A stretch of 63,999 nucleotides of DNA, filler included, from Jimgerdemannia flammicorona (GCA_003990765.1; 3 parts of 3 records of this genome joined end to end with filler, not necessarily neighbours in it); one strand, 5' to 3'; shown: positions 39,353 to 51,928, counted from the whole stretch's first letter. Made by a program: numbers and translations. Notes: generated from the letters alone by a model not told the origin.

Positions 39353-42300
39353 ATGAGTAATAATTCCTCCTCAATGACACAAGCCAACGGCTCCACTCCA
39401 CACGCGGCACCCTCCTCTACCAGGAGGTCGTCAAAAAAGTCATCCTCGAAAAGGTCCGCTGCCAGCCATGCCGCGAGCACCAGCGCAATATCCTCGCCAA
39501 TGCCCAACGGTACAAACCCCGAGGCGCCGTCACCAGCGCCAGTGGCACCCGCGGCAACAGCAACGCTCTTCACGACCACCATGCCCAACGGCCGCAAAAT
39601 GGCCACGCCAACCTCGCTGAACGGTAAGGTTTCCACCACGATTCCCGTCAGCTCCGCCGCGTCCACCACGACCACACTCTCAGCGCATCTCGCCCTCAAC
39701 GCTGATGGGAGACCCGTCCTATGTGAGCCTGGTGTCGACGGCACCAAGCCCAGCGCGCAGCTCGCAAACGGCGGGAGACTGAAAACGATTATTTTTGATC
39801 TGGGAGCTCGGACGACACAGGACGGGACCTCCTCGACCGTCTCCCCGGCCGCCAGCTCTCCGTCTCCCCTATCCACTTCATCCGCGCCCCGCGTGATTGC
39901 GCCCATGAAACTGACCTCTGCCACCATGTCCACCACAAGCACGGCTCAACCCTCGACGAGCGTGCCGTCACGGACATTGTCGTCGGGCCGCAAAAACCCC
40001 ACGCCCCCAACAGACGCAAACCCGTCGACCTCGTCTCCGTCAAGCTCACGACCCTTCTCAAGCTCCATCCTCGACAACGCCCCGAGTTTCCGATCCTCCC
40101 TCTCTGCCGTCGTCTCGTCATCCTCACCATCCTCGTCGCCATCTCCGGCCTCCTCGGTCTCCGCGGCATCCAAGACAACCATCGCCGGAAATAACAATCC
40201 CATCCTAACCTTCATCCCGCCCGCCAACGGCCTGTGGCCCCTGCCCCCAAGCTACTACAGCTCGCTCCCGGCACCTCCGCCCTCGACCCAACAGCCCACC
40301 GCTGTTGCCGCCGTTATGATGGCCTCGGCCGGCTCCGTAGGCGTCACACCGGGGTTCCCGCTCATCCCAGACATCGCTAAGTTTGTCTTGAACAACGCCA
40401 CAAAGTCCGCCGCGGCGGCTGCGTCCATGAACTCTGGCATCGGCAACCCAGCCGCCATCTTTCCCGCCGGCCTGGCGGCTGTGCCGAAGCCGTTCAACAA
40501 CTTCGCCCTCAACATCCATCATCGTCCCATTAGGTACCCATCGAAACGGTGGAGAATGGTACGGACGTCGGATGGGAACGTGGGAGAGGAGGTGGAGAAT
40601 GAAGGTGATGGCGGTGGCGGGGAAGGAGGGGTACCTGTGGCGGCGGCGGTGGCGGCGGCGGCGAACTCGTCGTCGCCCTCCTCGTCAGCAATCAGCACGT
40701 CGATGCCGAGTGAGGCCCGTGCCTCTTCGTCTATCTTGTCACCGGCGACAACAACGACAACATCATCCCTCTTCGGCTTTCCGAGCATGACACCCAACGC
40801 ACCCTCGACCACCGACACAACTACAACCACCACAAGTACAAACCTCGCATCCGACCCTTCAGTAGGCGTCAACTCCACGCTCACCCCTACCGTGGCCACT
40901 GGCAGCATATTTGGAACCCTCGCTGCTTCGCTCGCACAGGTTGCGCGACAGGACCTCGGGCTGGGTCTTAGCGGCGGCGGGGTCGTCGCTTCTCCAGTAT
41001 CGTACGATGACGCGGACGACGACGACGAGGAAGACGAGCTGGACCTTTTCGGCGGGCCACCGAGCAGCGCCGGGTTCGCGCCGGCGGGGACGGCGGGCGA
41101 CGCCCAAACCGAGGTCGGGGCCGGGGGCGGTGGTGGGGACCTGGACCGCGAGAACGCCAAGAAGAAGAAGCGTACCGCCGGCAGCTCGCTTTCGGGCGGC
41201 GCGGGCAGCGGTGGGCACGGCGTGGGAGGTGGGGATGGCGGGGCGTCGGCGGAGAATTTGGAAGGTGCCGGAGGGGGTGGGGGTGGGGCCGGCGGGGCCA
41301 TCGGGAAGGCTAGGACGTCGCCGTTGGGGAAGAAGAGGGAGAGGGAGAGGGAAAGGCATCGGTTAGCGGCCGCGGTGAGACATCATGTGTTTAATGAGCG
41401 GGCGGAAAGGGAGGGAGCGAGGGGGGAGGGGAAGAGTACGGAGGAGGGGAAGATTAAGGACGTAAAGGAGATGGACGAAGAGCCGACGGTGAAGATGCCG
41501 GAGGCGGAGTTCCAGTTTGTGGTCAAGAGCCCTGCAACCGAAGCGCTGAAGAACTACGCGCCACCCACGATGTTGAAGGTGCGAACGGCGATCAGTGGAT
41601 CCGCAGTGCTGACGGATGCGACGAACAAGGGCGTGCAGCAGCAGCAGCATCCGAGCGCGCCGTCGGCCACCAGCACGAGCGCCATCACCACTAGTACGCC
41701 CGAACGGAAGAAACCTGCGCCGGTCGCCCCATCGTCGTCGTCGGGCGTGCACAACCTCTCGAACGCGGACCGTCGGAGCAGCACGTCCAGTACGGGGACT
41801 ATACCCACTACCACCACGCACGCTTCCAAAGGCCCGCCGTCGCTCATTGCGTTGCCACCGGGTGCTAAGCGGCCACCTAATGCGCACAAGAAGAGAGTGA
41901 AACCGAAGCCGCAGCCTGCAACGGCGGCAGCGGGACAACCGCCTGCCAGCACGTCGTCGTCGGATCACGAGTTTCAGCAACAGCAACAGCCACAGCAACA
42001 GCAGCAGCAGCAGCAGCCCCCCCCGCCACCTGCATCGCCGTCGACGGGGATAGGGATGGGGACGGGCGCGAAGATGAAGCGCGCAGCCAACAACAACCAA
42101 CCTAGCCCCGCGAGCCACGAGCGTGGCGGCAACGCCACCGGCTTGTCGCGTGGGAAGGACAAGGACAAGGACAAGGATGACGGAACCAACGACTGGGTGT
42201 GCCTGTTCTGCGAGATGGAGATCCTGTACGGGGGAGGGTGGGAGGCTGCCAGAAGGAAGGGTGGGTATTATCGCAGGAAGAGGGATCAGGAGAGGAGGGA

Positions 42301-42703
42301 ACACGATAAGGATGGGAAGAAGGCCAGCGGAAAGACGGCCAAGGATGGAGTGGTTCTGGCATCGGCGAATGGTGCTACGTCCGTGCCGACGGTGGTTATG
42401 AATGGAGCTTCGGGCGCGAGGGTTGAAGCGGGCATGCGGACAACATCTCCTGGTGGTGGAGGAGGAGGAGGTGGCGGTGGCGGTAACCCCGGAAAAGGGC
42501 AGGAGGGAACGCGTGATGCGGTGGCGCCGGATCGTGGCACCGGAGTTGCGAACGCGGCGAAGAATGGGAAGAGAGATCGCGGAGGCGGAGGCGGAGCTGG
42601 TGGCGAATCTAAGGACGCGAGCGGCAAGACGGTCAGTGGCTGCAAGGCGCCGCCGTTAAAGGACGGGGTTGGGAGAGAGAGGGGCGGCGTACAGGTCGGA
42701 TAG
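39353..42703 (+). CDS. Large low-complexity protein (1116 aa from first ATG) with a WVCLFCEMEILYG motif
   Basis: 3.35-kb uninterrupted ORF; Ser/Thr/Pro, Gly, poly-Q and basic NLS-like tracts; single CxxC motif followed by a basic helix. Confidence 0.8.
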   Translation: MSNNSSSMTQANGSTPHAAPSSTRRSSKKSSSKRSAASHAASTSAISSPMPNGTNPEAPSPAPVAPAATATLFTTTMPNGRKMATPTSLNGKVSTTIPVSSAASTTTTLSAHLALNADGRPVLCEPGVDGTKPSAQLANGGRLKTIIFDLGARTTQDGTSSTVSPAASSPSPLSTSSAPRVIAPMKLTSATMSTTSTAQPSTSVPSRTLSSGRKNPTPPTDANPSTSSPSSSRPFSSSILDNAPSFRSSLSAVVSSSSPSSSPSPASSVSAASKTTIAGNNNPILTFIPPANGLWPLPPSYYSSLPAPPPSTQQPTAVAAVMMASAGSVGVTPGFPLIPDIAKFVLNNATKSAAAAASMNSGIGNPAAIFPAGLAAVPKPFNNFALNIHHRPIRYPSKRWRMVRTSDGNVGEEVENEGDGGGGEGGVPVAAAVAAAANSSSPSSSAISTSMPSEARASSSILSPATTTTTSSLFGFPSMTPNAPSTTDTTTTTTSTNLASDPSVGVNSTLTPTVATGSIFGTLAASLAQVARQDLGLGLSGGGVVASPVSYDDADDDDEEDELDLFGGPPSSAGFAPAGTAGDAQTEVGAGGGGGDLDRENAKKKKRTAGSSLSGGAGSGGHGVGGGDGGASAENLEGAGGGGGGAGGAIGKARTSPLGKKRERERERHRLAAAVRHHVFNERAEREGARGEGKSTEEGKIKDVKEMDEEPTVKMPEAEFQFVVKSPATEALKNYAPPTMLKVRTAISGSAVLTDATNKGVQQQQHPSAPSATSTSAITTSTPERKKPAPVAPSSSSGVHNLSNADRRSSTSSTGTIPTTTTHASKGPPSLIALPPGAKRPPNAHKKRVKPKPQPATAAAGQPPASTSSSDHEFQQQQQPQQQQQQQQPPPPPASPSTGIGMGTGAKMKRAANNNQPSPASHERGGNATGLSRGKDKDKDKDDGTNDWVCLFCEMEILYGGGWEAARRKGGYYRRKRDQERREHDKDGKKASGKTAKDGVVLASANGATSVPTVVMNGASGARVEAGMRTTSPGGGGGGGGGGGNPGKGQEGTRDAVAPDRGTGVANAAKNGKRDRGGGGGAGGESKDASGKTVSGCKAPPLKDGVGRERGGVQVG

Positions 42704-42776
42704 ACGGGAGGAGGTCGGTGGTGAAGGTAATTGCAACGTGTTTGATGTTACAGAAATAGGTTTTTTTTTTTTTTTT

Positions 42777-42876
42777 NNNNNNNNNNNNNNNNNNNNNNNN
42801 NNNNNNNNNNNNNNNNNNNNTTAATTAATTAANNNNNNNNNNNNNNNNNNNNNNNNNNNNNNNNNNNNNNNNNNNN
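42777..42876. other. Artificial assembly spacer (N44-TTAATTAATTAA-N44)
   Basis: Same 100-bp construct as 21342-21441. Confidence 0.97.
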
Positions 42877-43704
42877 AAAAAGTATTACTTCTTTTATTTC
42901 AATCTTATTCTCTTTTAAATTACTAATATGAAAAAAAAAATTCTTATTTTTATCCTAGCAATTAATATCTTATAATATAGTAGATAGTAGATTAATATCA
43001 GAACTATGAGTTGGAAGTTCAATTTCTTCAAATTTAGTATTTTTTAGTCCACATTATCTAGATCTGTTGTATCTATTCATTCTTCTTAGACTAAGAGATA
43101 CATATAAGTGATATACATATATATCAGTGAGATTATAGTTTTTTTTTCAAATTATATCAAATATTCTAGGATCTTTTCTTTAACATTAGTGAGATTTCTT
43201 CCAGTTCTCAGATAGTTATATAAAGAATAGCCTTCTCATTTTACTAAGTATAGTACACCATACTTATACTCAATCTTTTTGCTACTCCTTTTTAATGTAT
43301 TTAATAAAAATAAAAATAAAATCATAAATTAGTAGAAAATCCTATCAAGTTTAATCAAATAGAGAGTTTTTTTTATTATTACATATAATATTTTAATAAA
43401 AATAGGGTTTTTTGCTATTTTGTAGTGAATATCATAACTAATCACAATTTTGACCTTAAATTAAGCATCTTTTACAAAGCCAAATTAATTAAAAAGGCTA
43501 CTCATGAGGCCAGTCACAATTTCAGTTAAATCTTTATAGTACTTATACTCAACTTTTTGCTACTCCTTTTTAATAGATTTAATAAAATAAAAATAAAAAA
43601 TTAAGTTTAATCAAATAGAGAGCTTTTTTTATTATTATATATAATATTTTTTAAAAAATAGTTTTTTTATTATTTTATAATATAAAATATTATAATTTAT
43701 AAAT

Positions 43705-44180
43705 CTCATCTCAATTGTCAATCATCTGTTTGTCTTGTCTCAATTGTCTGTCTCATCTCAATTATCTATCCTATCTCTCTATCTTGTCTCAATCATCTTA
43801 ATCATCCATCTCATCTGTCTTATCTCAATTGTCCATCTCATCTGAATTGTCCATCTTATCCTATTGTCCCATCTTATCTCAATTGTCCATCCATCCATCT
43901 CAATTGTCCATCTTGTCTGAATTGTCCATCTCATCCCCCCATCTTATCTCAATTATCCATCCTGTCCATCTTGTCTCAATTGTCTATCTTGTTTCAATTG
44001 TCTGTCTCATTTCAATCATCCATCTCATCCCATATAAGAGATGAGATGGATGATTGAGATGAGACAAGATAAGATGAGACAGACAATTGAGATGAGATGA
44101 AATAGAACAGGACAAACAATTGAGAAAAGATAGACAATTGAAATGAGATGGATGATTAAAATGAAATGGACATGAAAACT
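43705..44180. repeat. Degenerate GATGA/GACAA/GATTG satellite, left arm of the transposon (orientation flips at ~44033)
   Basis: CT-rich units TCTCAATTGTC/TCATC to ~44030, then GA-rich units to ~44180. Confidence 0.85.
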
Positions 44181-44239
44181 AAATATATTTGATAGAGTTA
44201 TTTATATAATATATATATCAGGCAGCTAACTAATACCTT

Positions 44240-46288
44240 AGCTAAATAATATTTTGAGAGATATGGTAATGTGAATGATATTTTTTAACATTATTTTCTA
44301 TATCAGCCAATACAAGTTCTTTTTAATATACATTTATATATTTTTGTGAATGATATGCATATTTTCTAATTATAATAAGATCAATAGAGGCCAAAGCTTT
44401 TGGAATATTTTGCTTCAGTCCAGTCCATGTATAATTACAATGAGTTCTAAATATTATAATTAATAAACAAATAATTAGTATTATTATTAAATTATAATTA
44501 TAATTTAATAATATATATAACATACCTGTAATACTTTTTTATACTACAAAAATATTCAATATAATTGAGTTCACAATGGAACTTAAGATAAAAATACATT
44601 TATATTATAAGCTTTCAACAACTTCTTGAATAAATGGCTTCTGTACTTTAAATCTTCTTGAAGAGATAGAATTTGTACAGTACAACAATCTTCTTTCTTG
44701 CATTTTTTCTTATATTTTCTTTTTAAATCTTCTCTTTAAAGATTTCTTTCTTCAAGTATTTTTTTTAAGCCCTTTGCTTTACCATGCAGTTTATCAATTT
44801 TATATTTTGGTAAAAATACCATTTCTTGAGTAATATTGTTAAACTTTGTAGTCCTCATAAGTGGCTGCTTTCCACTAGGTCCAAGATTCATCTTGTAAGC
44901 AAATAAAGCATCTGATATATATATTGAATATCCTTGACTATGATCAAATATAAATACTGCTATATAGTTGAGATGAATAATGTTGAAAATTGGAATAGCT
45001 TTGGTTTTAATCTAATAATATAATATTAATTTAAATTATAAGAGTTTTTTTATTTAATTGATTTATTAAATTTAATTATTATTATAAATATGCATATCTG
45101 AACTATTAGATTATTTTCAGTCTAATAACCTTTTTTAGCTTTTCCAATTTCAAGTAAAGAACAAGCTTCTCTTTCAGGCTTTGGACTTTTTATATCTTTA
45201 TATTGTTCTTCAGATATAGCCAGTCTTCCAACAGTATCTAGTAGAAAGTCACTAACTATTATACTAGTACCTTTACTTTTTTTTCTTAGAGAAAATTGTC
45301 CTTTTGGTCCCCATCCATAGTTTAAATCAATATTAGCATTAAAAGAAGCCTCATCATGTGTCACCAGAATATGTTATTGTCTAAGAGAAATAGTATGCTG
45401 TAATAGTTGAAAATCTTTATCATATTGAACTATAAATAGTTTCCAGTTAGTCATCTGTTTTAAAAATTATTCATAAGATGCTTTGACATCATCTCTTTTA
45501 TGACCATCAATATAAAGTCCTTTTCTGCATCTACTATAAGTATAGCCCATATTCAGCATCCATCTTCTTGCTGTATCTTCATATATTTTTATAGATTTTG
45601 TTGATATTGAAAAAATCTCTTCTTCTAAGTATTTTTTAAAAGATTTTAGAGTAGCAGTAAACTTATTCTTTTCTAAATAAGTTTTAACTGCAAGTTTAAT
45701 GTTCTTATCTTTAAGAAGACTTTTCTTCTTAGTATGTCTTTCTTGCTGAGAAATAGGAAGAGTTCTGTTATTAATCCAATCTTGTGCCCATCTTCTCAAA
45801 AGCTTTGTATAATATAAGCCTTTGTTGATACTTTCTGCAATTAGGTGACTAGCTTGAGAAGTACTCTTATTATTATTTCTAAATACCATATATTGTGATA
45901 TATAATGATATTTTAGAATATAATTTAGAGATAAATTCTCTAAACTCTTTATATGAATATTAAGTACAGTGATGTGAGGTTTCCAGCTACTATTAGCTTT
46001 TTTATCTTCATCATCATCATCTTCATTTTCATTATCTTCATCATCATCATCATCTCTCTCATCATCATCTTCTCTCTCATCTTCATCATCTTCTTTATAT
46101 TCATCTTTATCTTCTCTTTTATTATTATTATCTATATTATAATTATAATTATAATTATAATTATAATTAATATATTATTATTATTATTATTATTATTATT
46201 TATATAATAATATACCTATAATTTCTTCTTCAAATTTATGATATCTAAGGACTTGCAAGTGCTGATTTTATTTAGCTAGTCTTAGCAT
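44240..46288 (-). pseudogene. DDE transposase pseudogene with spliceosomal introns
   Basis: YIDGHKRDDV, THDEASFNAN, RKKSKGTSIIVSDFL, FIFDHSQG, KFHCELN motifs; acidic N-terminal tract; AT-rich introns (clear GTATG...TAG at ~44525-44447). End coordinates approximate. Confidence 0.8.
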
Positions 46289-46379
46289 TTTGTTATAACT
46301 AAAAATATAAATTTAATAATTTAGTAAAATCTATAGATAGATGATTTAGATAAATATAGTAAAGGTCTTACCTTGAAAG

Positions 46380-47650
46380 AACAGAACAATTGAAATGAGA
46401 TGGGACTAGATTGAGACTAGATGGACAGATAATTGAGATAAGATAGACAGACAGATGATTGAAATGAGACAGATGATTGAAATGAGACAGGATACAATTG
46501 AGATGAGAGAGACGAGATGGATGATTGAGATGAAATGGATAGATGGACAATTGAGACAAGATAGATAATTGAGATAAGACAGATGAGAGAGATGAGATGG
46601 ATGATTGAGATAAGATAGATGAATGAATAATTGAGATAAGACAGACAATTGAGATGAGATGGGACAATAGAACAGGATAGATGATGGAAACAAGATAGGA
46701 TAGAATGGATGATTGAGATGAGATGGGAGATGGGACAGACAACAGGATGGGAAATGAGGCAGAATAGAATGGATGATTGAGATGAGATAGGGAGATGGAA
46801 TGGACAATTCAGACAAGACAGATGATTGAGATAAGAGAGACAGACAATTGAGATAAGGCAGATGGGATAGATGATTAAGATAATTGAGACAAAATGGGGG
46901 AACAGGATGGATGATTGAGACAAGATGGGACAGAATGGGATGAGATGGATGATTGAGACAAGATGGGAGGATGAGATGGACAATTCAGATAAGATGGATG
47001 ATTGAGACAAGAGGGATGGATGATTAAGATGATTGAGATGAGATGGGGGGATGGAATAGACAATTGAGATGAGATAGAGAGACAGGATGGACAATTCAGA
47101 TGAGATGGACAATTGAGACAAGAATGGATGGATGATTGAGACAAGACAGGTGATTGAGATGAGACAAGATGACAGGATGGAATGGACAATTGAAACAAGA
47201 TAGGACAGGATGGACAATTCAGACAAGATGGATAATTGAGAAAAGATGGATAAGATAGACAATTAAGATGATTGAGATGAGATAGAGAAACAAGATAGAT
47301 GATTGAGATAAGACAGGATGAAATAGATGATTAAGATAAGATGGGGGGATGGGATGGACAATTCAGATGAGACAGACAATTGAGATGAGAGAGACAGATG
47401 ATTAAGACAATTGGGGAGATGGGGATAGATGATTGAGACAAGATGGAGATAGAACAGACAATTTAGATGAGATGGATGATTGAGATAAGAGAGATGAGAT
47501 AGATGATTGAGACAAGGGAGATGAGATAGGATTGAGATAAGATGGGGGGATGGGACAGATAATTGAGATAAGACAGGATGGATGATTGAGATGAGGCAGA
47601 TGATTGAGACAAGACAGACAGACAATTGATAATTGAGATAAGATGAGCTG
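46380..47650. repeat. Degenerate GATGA/GACAA/GATTG satellite, right arm of the transposon
   Basis: ~1.27 kb of GATGATTGAGATGA / GACAATTGAGACAA variants, inverse of 43705-44030. Confidence 0.9.
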
Positions 47651-50600
47651 GAGTATGGATGATATCTCCTCTACATTATATATATATATATAATTACCTT
47701 GAATTTGTAAGATATCAAAAAAGATTATTGACAGTATTGACAGATGAACAATCTTATAGCTAAGTTAGAAATAAAATGTAGATATCACATTTGCAACTGA
47801 ATGGATTTGGCTTGTAAAATAAAGTCAAAATTGTGATAAGTAAGTTAAATTTATATAATTTTTAAAGCCAAATCAATATCTGTAAAAGGTCAGTTACAAT
47901 TTTTAACCTTTATTGTGTAATAATATTTCTATATTATAATACTAATAATTATATTATTTAAATTATAATTGGAATGAAAATAAAAAAAACTCTCTATTTG
48001 ATTAAAGTAGATAATATTTACTATATATATTTAATATATTTTTTTTTAATATAGCTAATAAAGAGAAGAAGAGATTTATAAATTATAATATTTTATATTA
48101 TAAAATAATAAAAAAATAAAAAGCTCTCTATTTAATTAAACTTAATAGTATATTCTATCAATTTATGATTTTTAATTTTATTTTATTAAATCCATTAAAA
48201 AAAAGTAGCAAAAGGTTAAGTATAAGTGCTGTGCAATAATATAATATTATAACTAAAATTGTGACTAGCCTTATGAGTAGCCTTTTTAATTAATTTAGCT
48301 TTGTAAAAGGTGCTTAATTTAAGGCCAAAATTGTGACTGATTACAATATTTACTACAAAATAGCAAAAAAACCTATTTTTATTAAAATATTATATATAAT
48401 AATAAAAAAACTCTCTATTTGATTAAACTTGATGAGATTTTCTATCAATTTATGATTTTATTTTTATTTTTATTAAATACATTAAAAAGGAGTAGCAAAA
48501 AGGTTGAGTATAAGTGTGGTGCACTATACTCTAAAGAGATTTCTTGTCTCTTTTTTATAACTCAATAGTCTAAAATTTAGTCTATAATATATTCTAATTA
48601 TCTTTCAATTATTATTAATGATAGCAGAAGTACTTCTTGATTAGAAATTTGATTTAGAGTATATTACTTAAGTAGTGAGATATAAAATATATTATATATT
48701 TTCATATCTTGAGAGAGTTTTAATTAATATGATATGTCAGATATTATTTCTTTAACTAAATAGAGTTTAATATATTTTAGATATAGATTTTGTTTAAGTT
48801 GTTTAGTCTAATTTACTATAGTTATATTGAAGGCTTCTAAGAGAACTAAGTTTCTTACTTTGAAGAAAACTTCTCTTTTATATTAATTAGTATATTTAAC
48901 TTATTGCTCCTGAGTCTTCTATAATTCCTTTTATACTAACTATGTAATATTTCTAATAGTTACTACAAGGTCTTCTGCTGCAGAGACTATAGATTTTTCT
49001 ATAATTGCCAGAGTTCATAGGTATTGACTTATATTTATAAAGAAAGATATTATTTGAGTAGATGACTGTTTGGTATTATTATAGACAAACTTTATTAATA
49101 GAAAATATTAGTCTCAGTTATCTTATTTATATCTACAGAATATTCTCAATATTTGTTTGAGGGTTCTGTTAGTTCTTTCTTTCTGACTATTAGTTTGTAG
49201 ATAGTAGATAGTAAAGAATAATAACTTAGTGTTTATTATTTTAAAGAATGTTTTTCAGAAAGTACTTATAAAATTTAGGATCTCTATCTAAGACTATTAC
49301 TATTTGCTAAGCCTATTTATAAATACTACTATAGTATCCTTTTCTTGGTTGGTTTTGAATAGTCTCACTATAAAGTTTAAAGTAATCTGGTTCCAATTTT
49401 TAGTAGATATTAGTAGAAGTTGAAGAAGTCCTGAAGATACTTTATTTCTTACTTTATTTCTTTAGTATAGATTATAAGAATAATAGAAGTCCTTAATATC
49501 ATCTGTCATTCTTGACTAGTAAAAATTCTGGGTTATATTAGTAAGAGTTTTTTTATAACCATAATATCTTACAAAAGATATATTATAATATTTTTGTATA
49601 ATCTGGAGTCTCAGTTTTTGATTTTTAGAAATTAAGACTCTTATTTCATTATAATATAGTAACTTTCTTTAAGAGTTATTCTTTTAATCAATTCTTTAAG
49701 TCTGAAGTCATTATTTTGATTTTGTAGAAATCTATAAATTTCTTGATAAGTAAGATTATAGGCTTCTCTGATCTGATTCTTGAGATCATTAGTTATAATT
49801 ATGATAGCTACTATTTACTCTATTTATTCTATTCTTGAGAAAGTATCAGATACTATATTTATTTTTCCAGGGTAGTATTCTACTATGAAGTTATAATCTG
49901 CTAAAACTTCTATCTATCTTGCTTATCTTTTAGTTAAAGTAAGTTAGCAGTAAATATAAATAAGAGATTGTTATGATAAATAGAAGAAGCAATTTATTCA
50001 AAATACATATATCACATATTTCATATATTACTACATAATAAATGACATAAAACTGATGAAATAGTGTGTGGCATAAAGTCACATACCTATATATTGAGTT
50101 GCTATCTCAATACTCCTATATATATGCTAAAATAAAAAAAAAGAAAAATTTCTATATCTAAAAAAAAAAAAAAAAAAAAAGAAAAATTAATATATAAAAA
50201 AAAAAAAAAAAAAAAATACAAACTAGAATAAAAAAGTAATACATATAATGTATATAAAAAACTAGAACTATATATAACTCAGAATTGTAACTATCTAGGA
50301 ATTTTTGTGAGTTGAAAAGTATTCCAAAATATCTGAAATATCTACAAAAAAATATAACATATATAATCTACTTATAGATGAGAGATGTCAATATATATGC
50401 AATATAAGACTTTTAACAGTCTAAAAAATATCTGATTATTAACTGCTAGACTTTGCCAAAATGCTGGATATTATTGTACTGATTGTTGTATTATTTATGT
50501 TAGATATTATTGATAGTATCCATACTACTAATATTATTGGTAGTATCTATACTACTGATGTTAGCAGTACTTGTACTGAGCTTGGGTTTGGATTTATCTC

Positions 50601-50983
50601 TATTATTGTTATTATTGTCTATGCTTTGAATCTTATTAGTATTTGCCTCATTGGTACTTTTGATCTTATTGTCTATATTAGCTTTGTTTACCATATTGAA
50701 CTCATCTAGTATAAGAGAGTTACTTATAAAATTACTATTATATAGTTTTAGAAAGATTTTCTGGAAGTTCTGGATGTTCTAGAAGACTATTTTCTTTAGG
50801 TTAAGATCAATTTCATATGAAGTACATCCTCTATACTTATTGATTTCAAGATTAGGTTAATGTCTCAACCAAAGTCCTTTTTTAAACTAGTTCTAAATGT
50901 TTAGGATTTTCTGTATTTAAGAAAGTTCAGGAAACTAAGACTAGCTTAGTTGAATTGGCATATTACTGTAGACAATACTCAAT

Positions 50984-51017
50984 AGTCCAAGGGACTATAA
51001 AAAAAAAAAAAAAAAAA
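50984..51017 (+). mobile_element. Extremely 5'-truncated LINE insertion (15 nt + poly(A))
   Basis: AGTCCAAGGGACTAT+A19 flanked by 15-bp TSD TAGACAATAC(T/C)CAAT (50969-50983, 51018-51032). Confidence 0.85.
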
Positions 51018-51928
51018 TAGACAATACCCAATTAGGAAATTTCATAATATGGTTAGGAGTGGGATCTAATGAGGTGTAGATTACTTAAGAGTATTTGTAG
51101 ATTATTAAATAGATTTATTTGCTATTTATAATATTGCTATACTAGGAGTAGTATGTGAAGAGATATTGTGGGGAAGAGTTTAGAAGTTCTATTTGTATCT
51201 ATTTGTATCTGAGTTTCTGAGGTCTGAGAGAGTGGATATTTATACTAATAGGAAGCTATCTGGACTATGCTAAATATGGATATAGTACTTAGTATCTTAC
51301 TAAGTCAGAATATAGTTATATTATATAAGACTAATCTAACTATACTAATGACTACTAAGCTATCTATAGATTTAGATACTATCTGGGTAGTCTTTAATGA
51401 GGTTACTATTGATAATATTATCTCTGATAAAGTAGTTATCTAAGAAGAGAGATTCTTAGATAACATCTCTCTATTTATTCATATAGTAATAGGTTGGGAC
51501 TATATTACCATCTCACAAGATAGTATTATCTGTCTCATATGCTAGATAGGGTGTCAGTGGGCTGAGAAGGAGTGCATTATCTTCACTTTCATCGAATTCA
51601 CTATTTATATATCTTCTATAGATAGCAGTACTATAAGTTATAGGGTTATAGTAAGCTAGCAGCTATAGTTTATTTTGTTTGTACTTAGGAGATAGGATTG
51701 TTGATTTAATCTCAAGAGTTGTCTGAAGGTACAGATTGTGTTCTCTAGTCTCTTTATTATAGTTGAAGTAGTTGAGTATAAATGTAGGTACTAGTGATCA
51801 TTAGGTCTTGTAGGTGGTTATAAACTGTTGTAAGTTTATCAGCAAGATTGGTAGAGTGATCAGGGCTGACAGAGATCCTTGGCTGGAGGTTATGTCAGTA
51901 TTGGAGGGGTCATTATCTTCTGCTTTAT

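Larger units (their letters stand above)
43251..48526 (-). mobile_element. IS630/Tc1/mariner-superfamily DNA transposon with long IR/DR-type TIRs and TA TSD
   Basis: TA|TAGTACACCATACTTATACTCAA at left is the inverse of TTGAGTATAAGTGTGGTGCACTA|TA at right. Inverted homology runs ~450 bp (43251-43700 vs ~48075-48526), with the terminal block repeated internally. Confidence 0.9.

Noticed and set aside
39328..42659. Many long antisense and alternate-frame ORFs
   Set aside because: Shadow ORFs of a GC-rich low-complexity CDS; the same applies to those over SND1, MAK11 and the SDR.
22600..42700. tRNA, rRNA or snoRNA genes; biosynthetic cluster around the Kex2 precursor
   Set aside because: No structured RNA recognised by eye (tRNAscan/Infernal not run); no DUF3328/UstYa, peptidase or transporter genes nearby.
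45953..46207. Very hydrophobic 84-aa ORF
   Set aside because: Antisense of the Asp/Glu tract and AT-rich intron of the transposase.
46368..47625. Ser/Ile/His/Leu-rich ORFs up to 281 aa (also 43829..44044)
   Set aside because: Translations of the stop-poor strand of the satellite.
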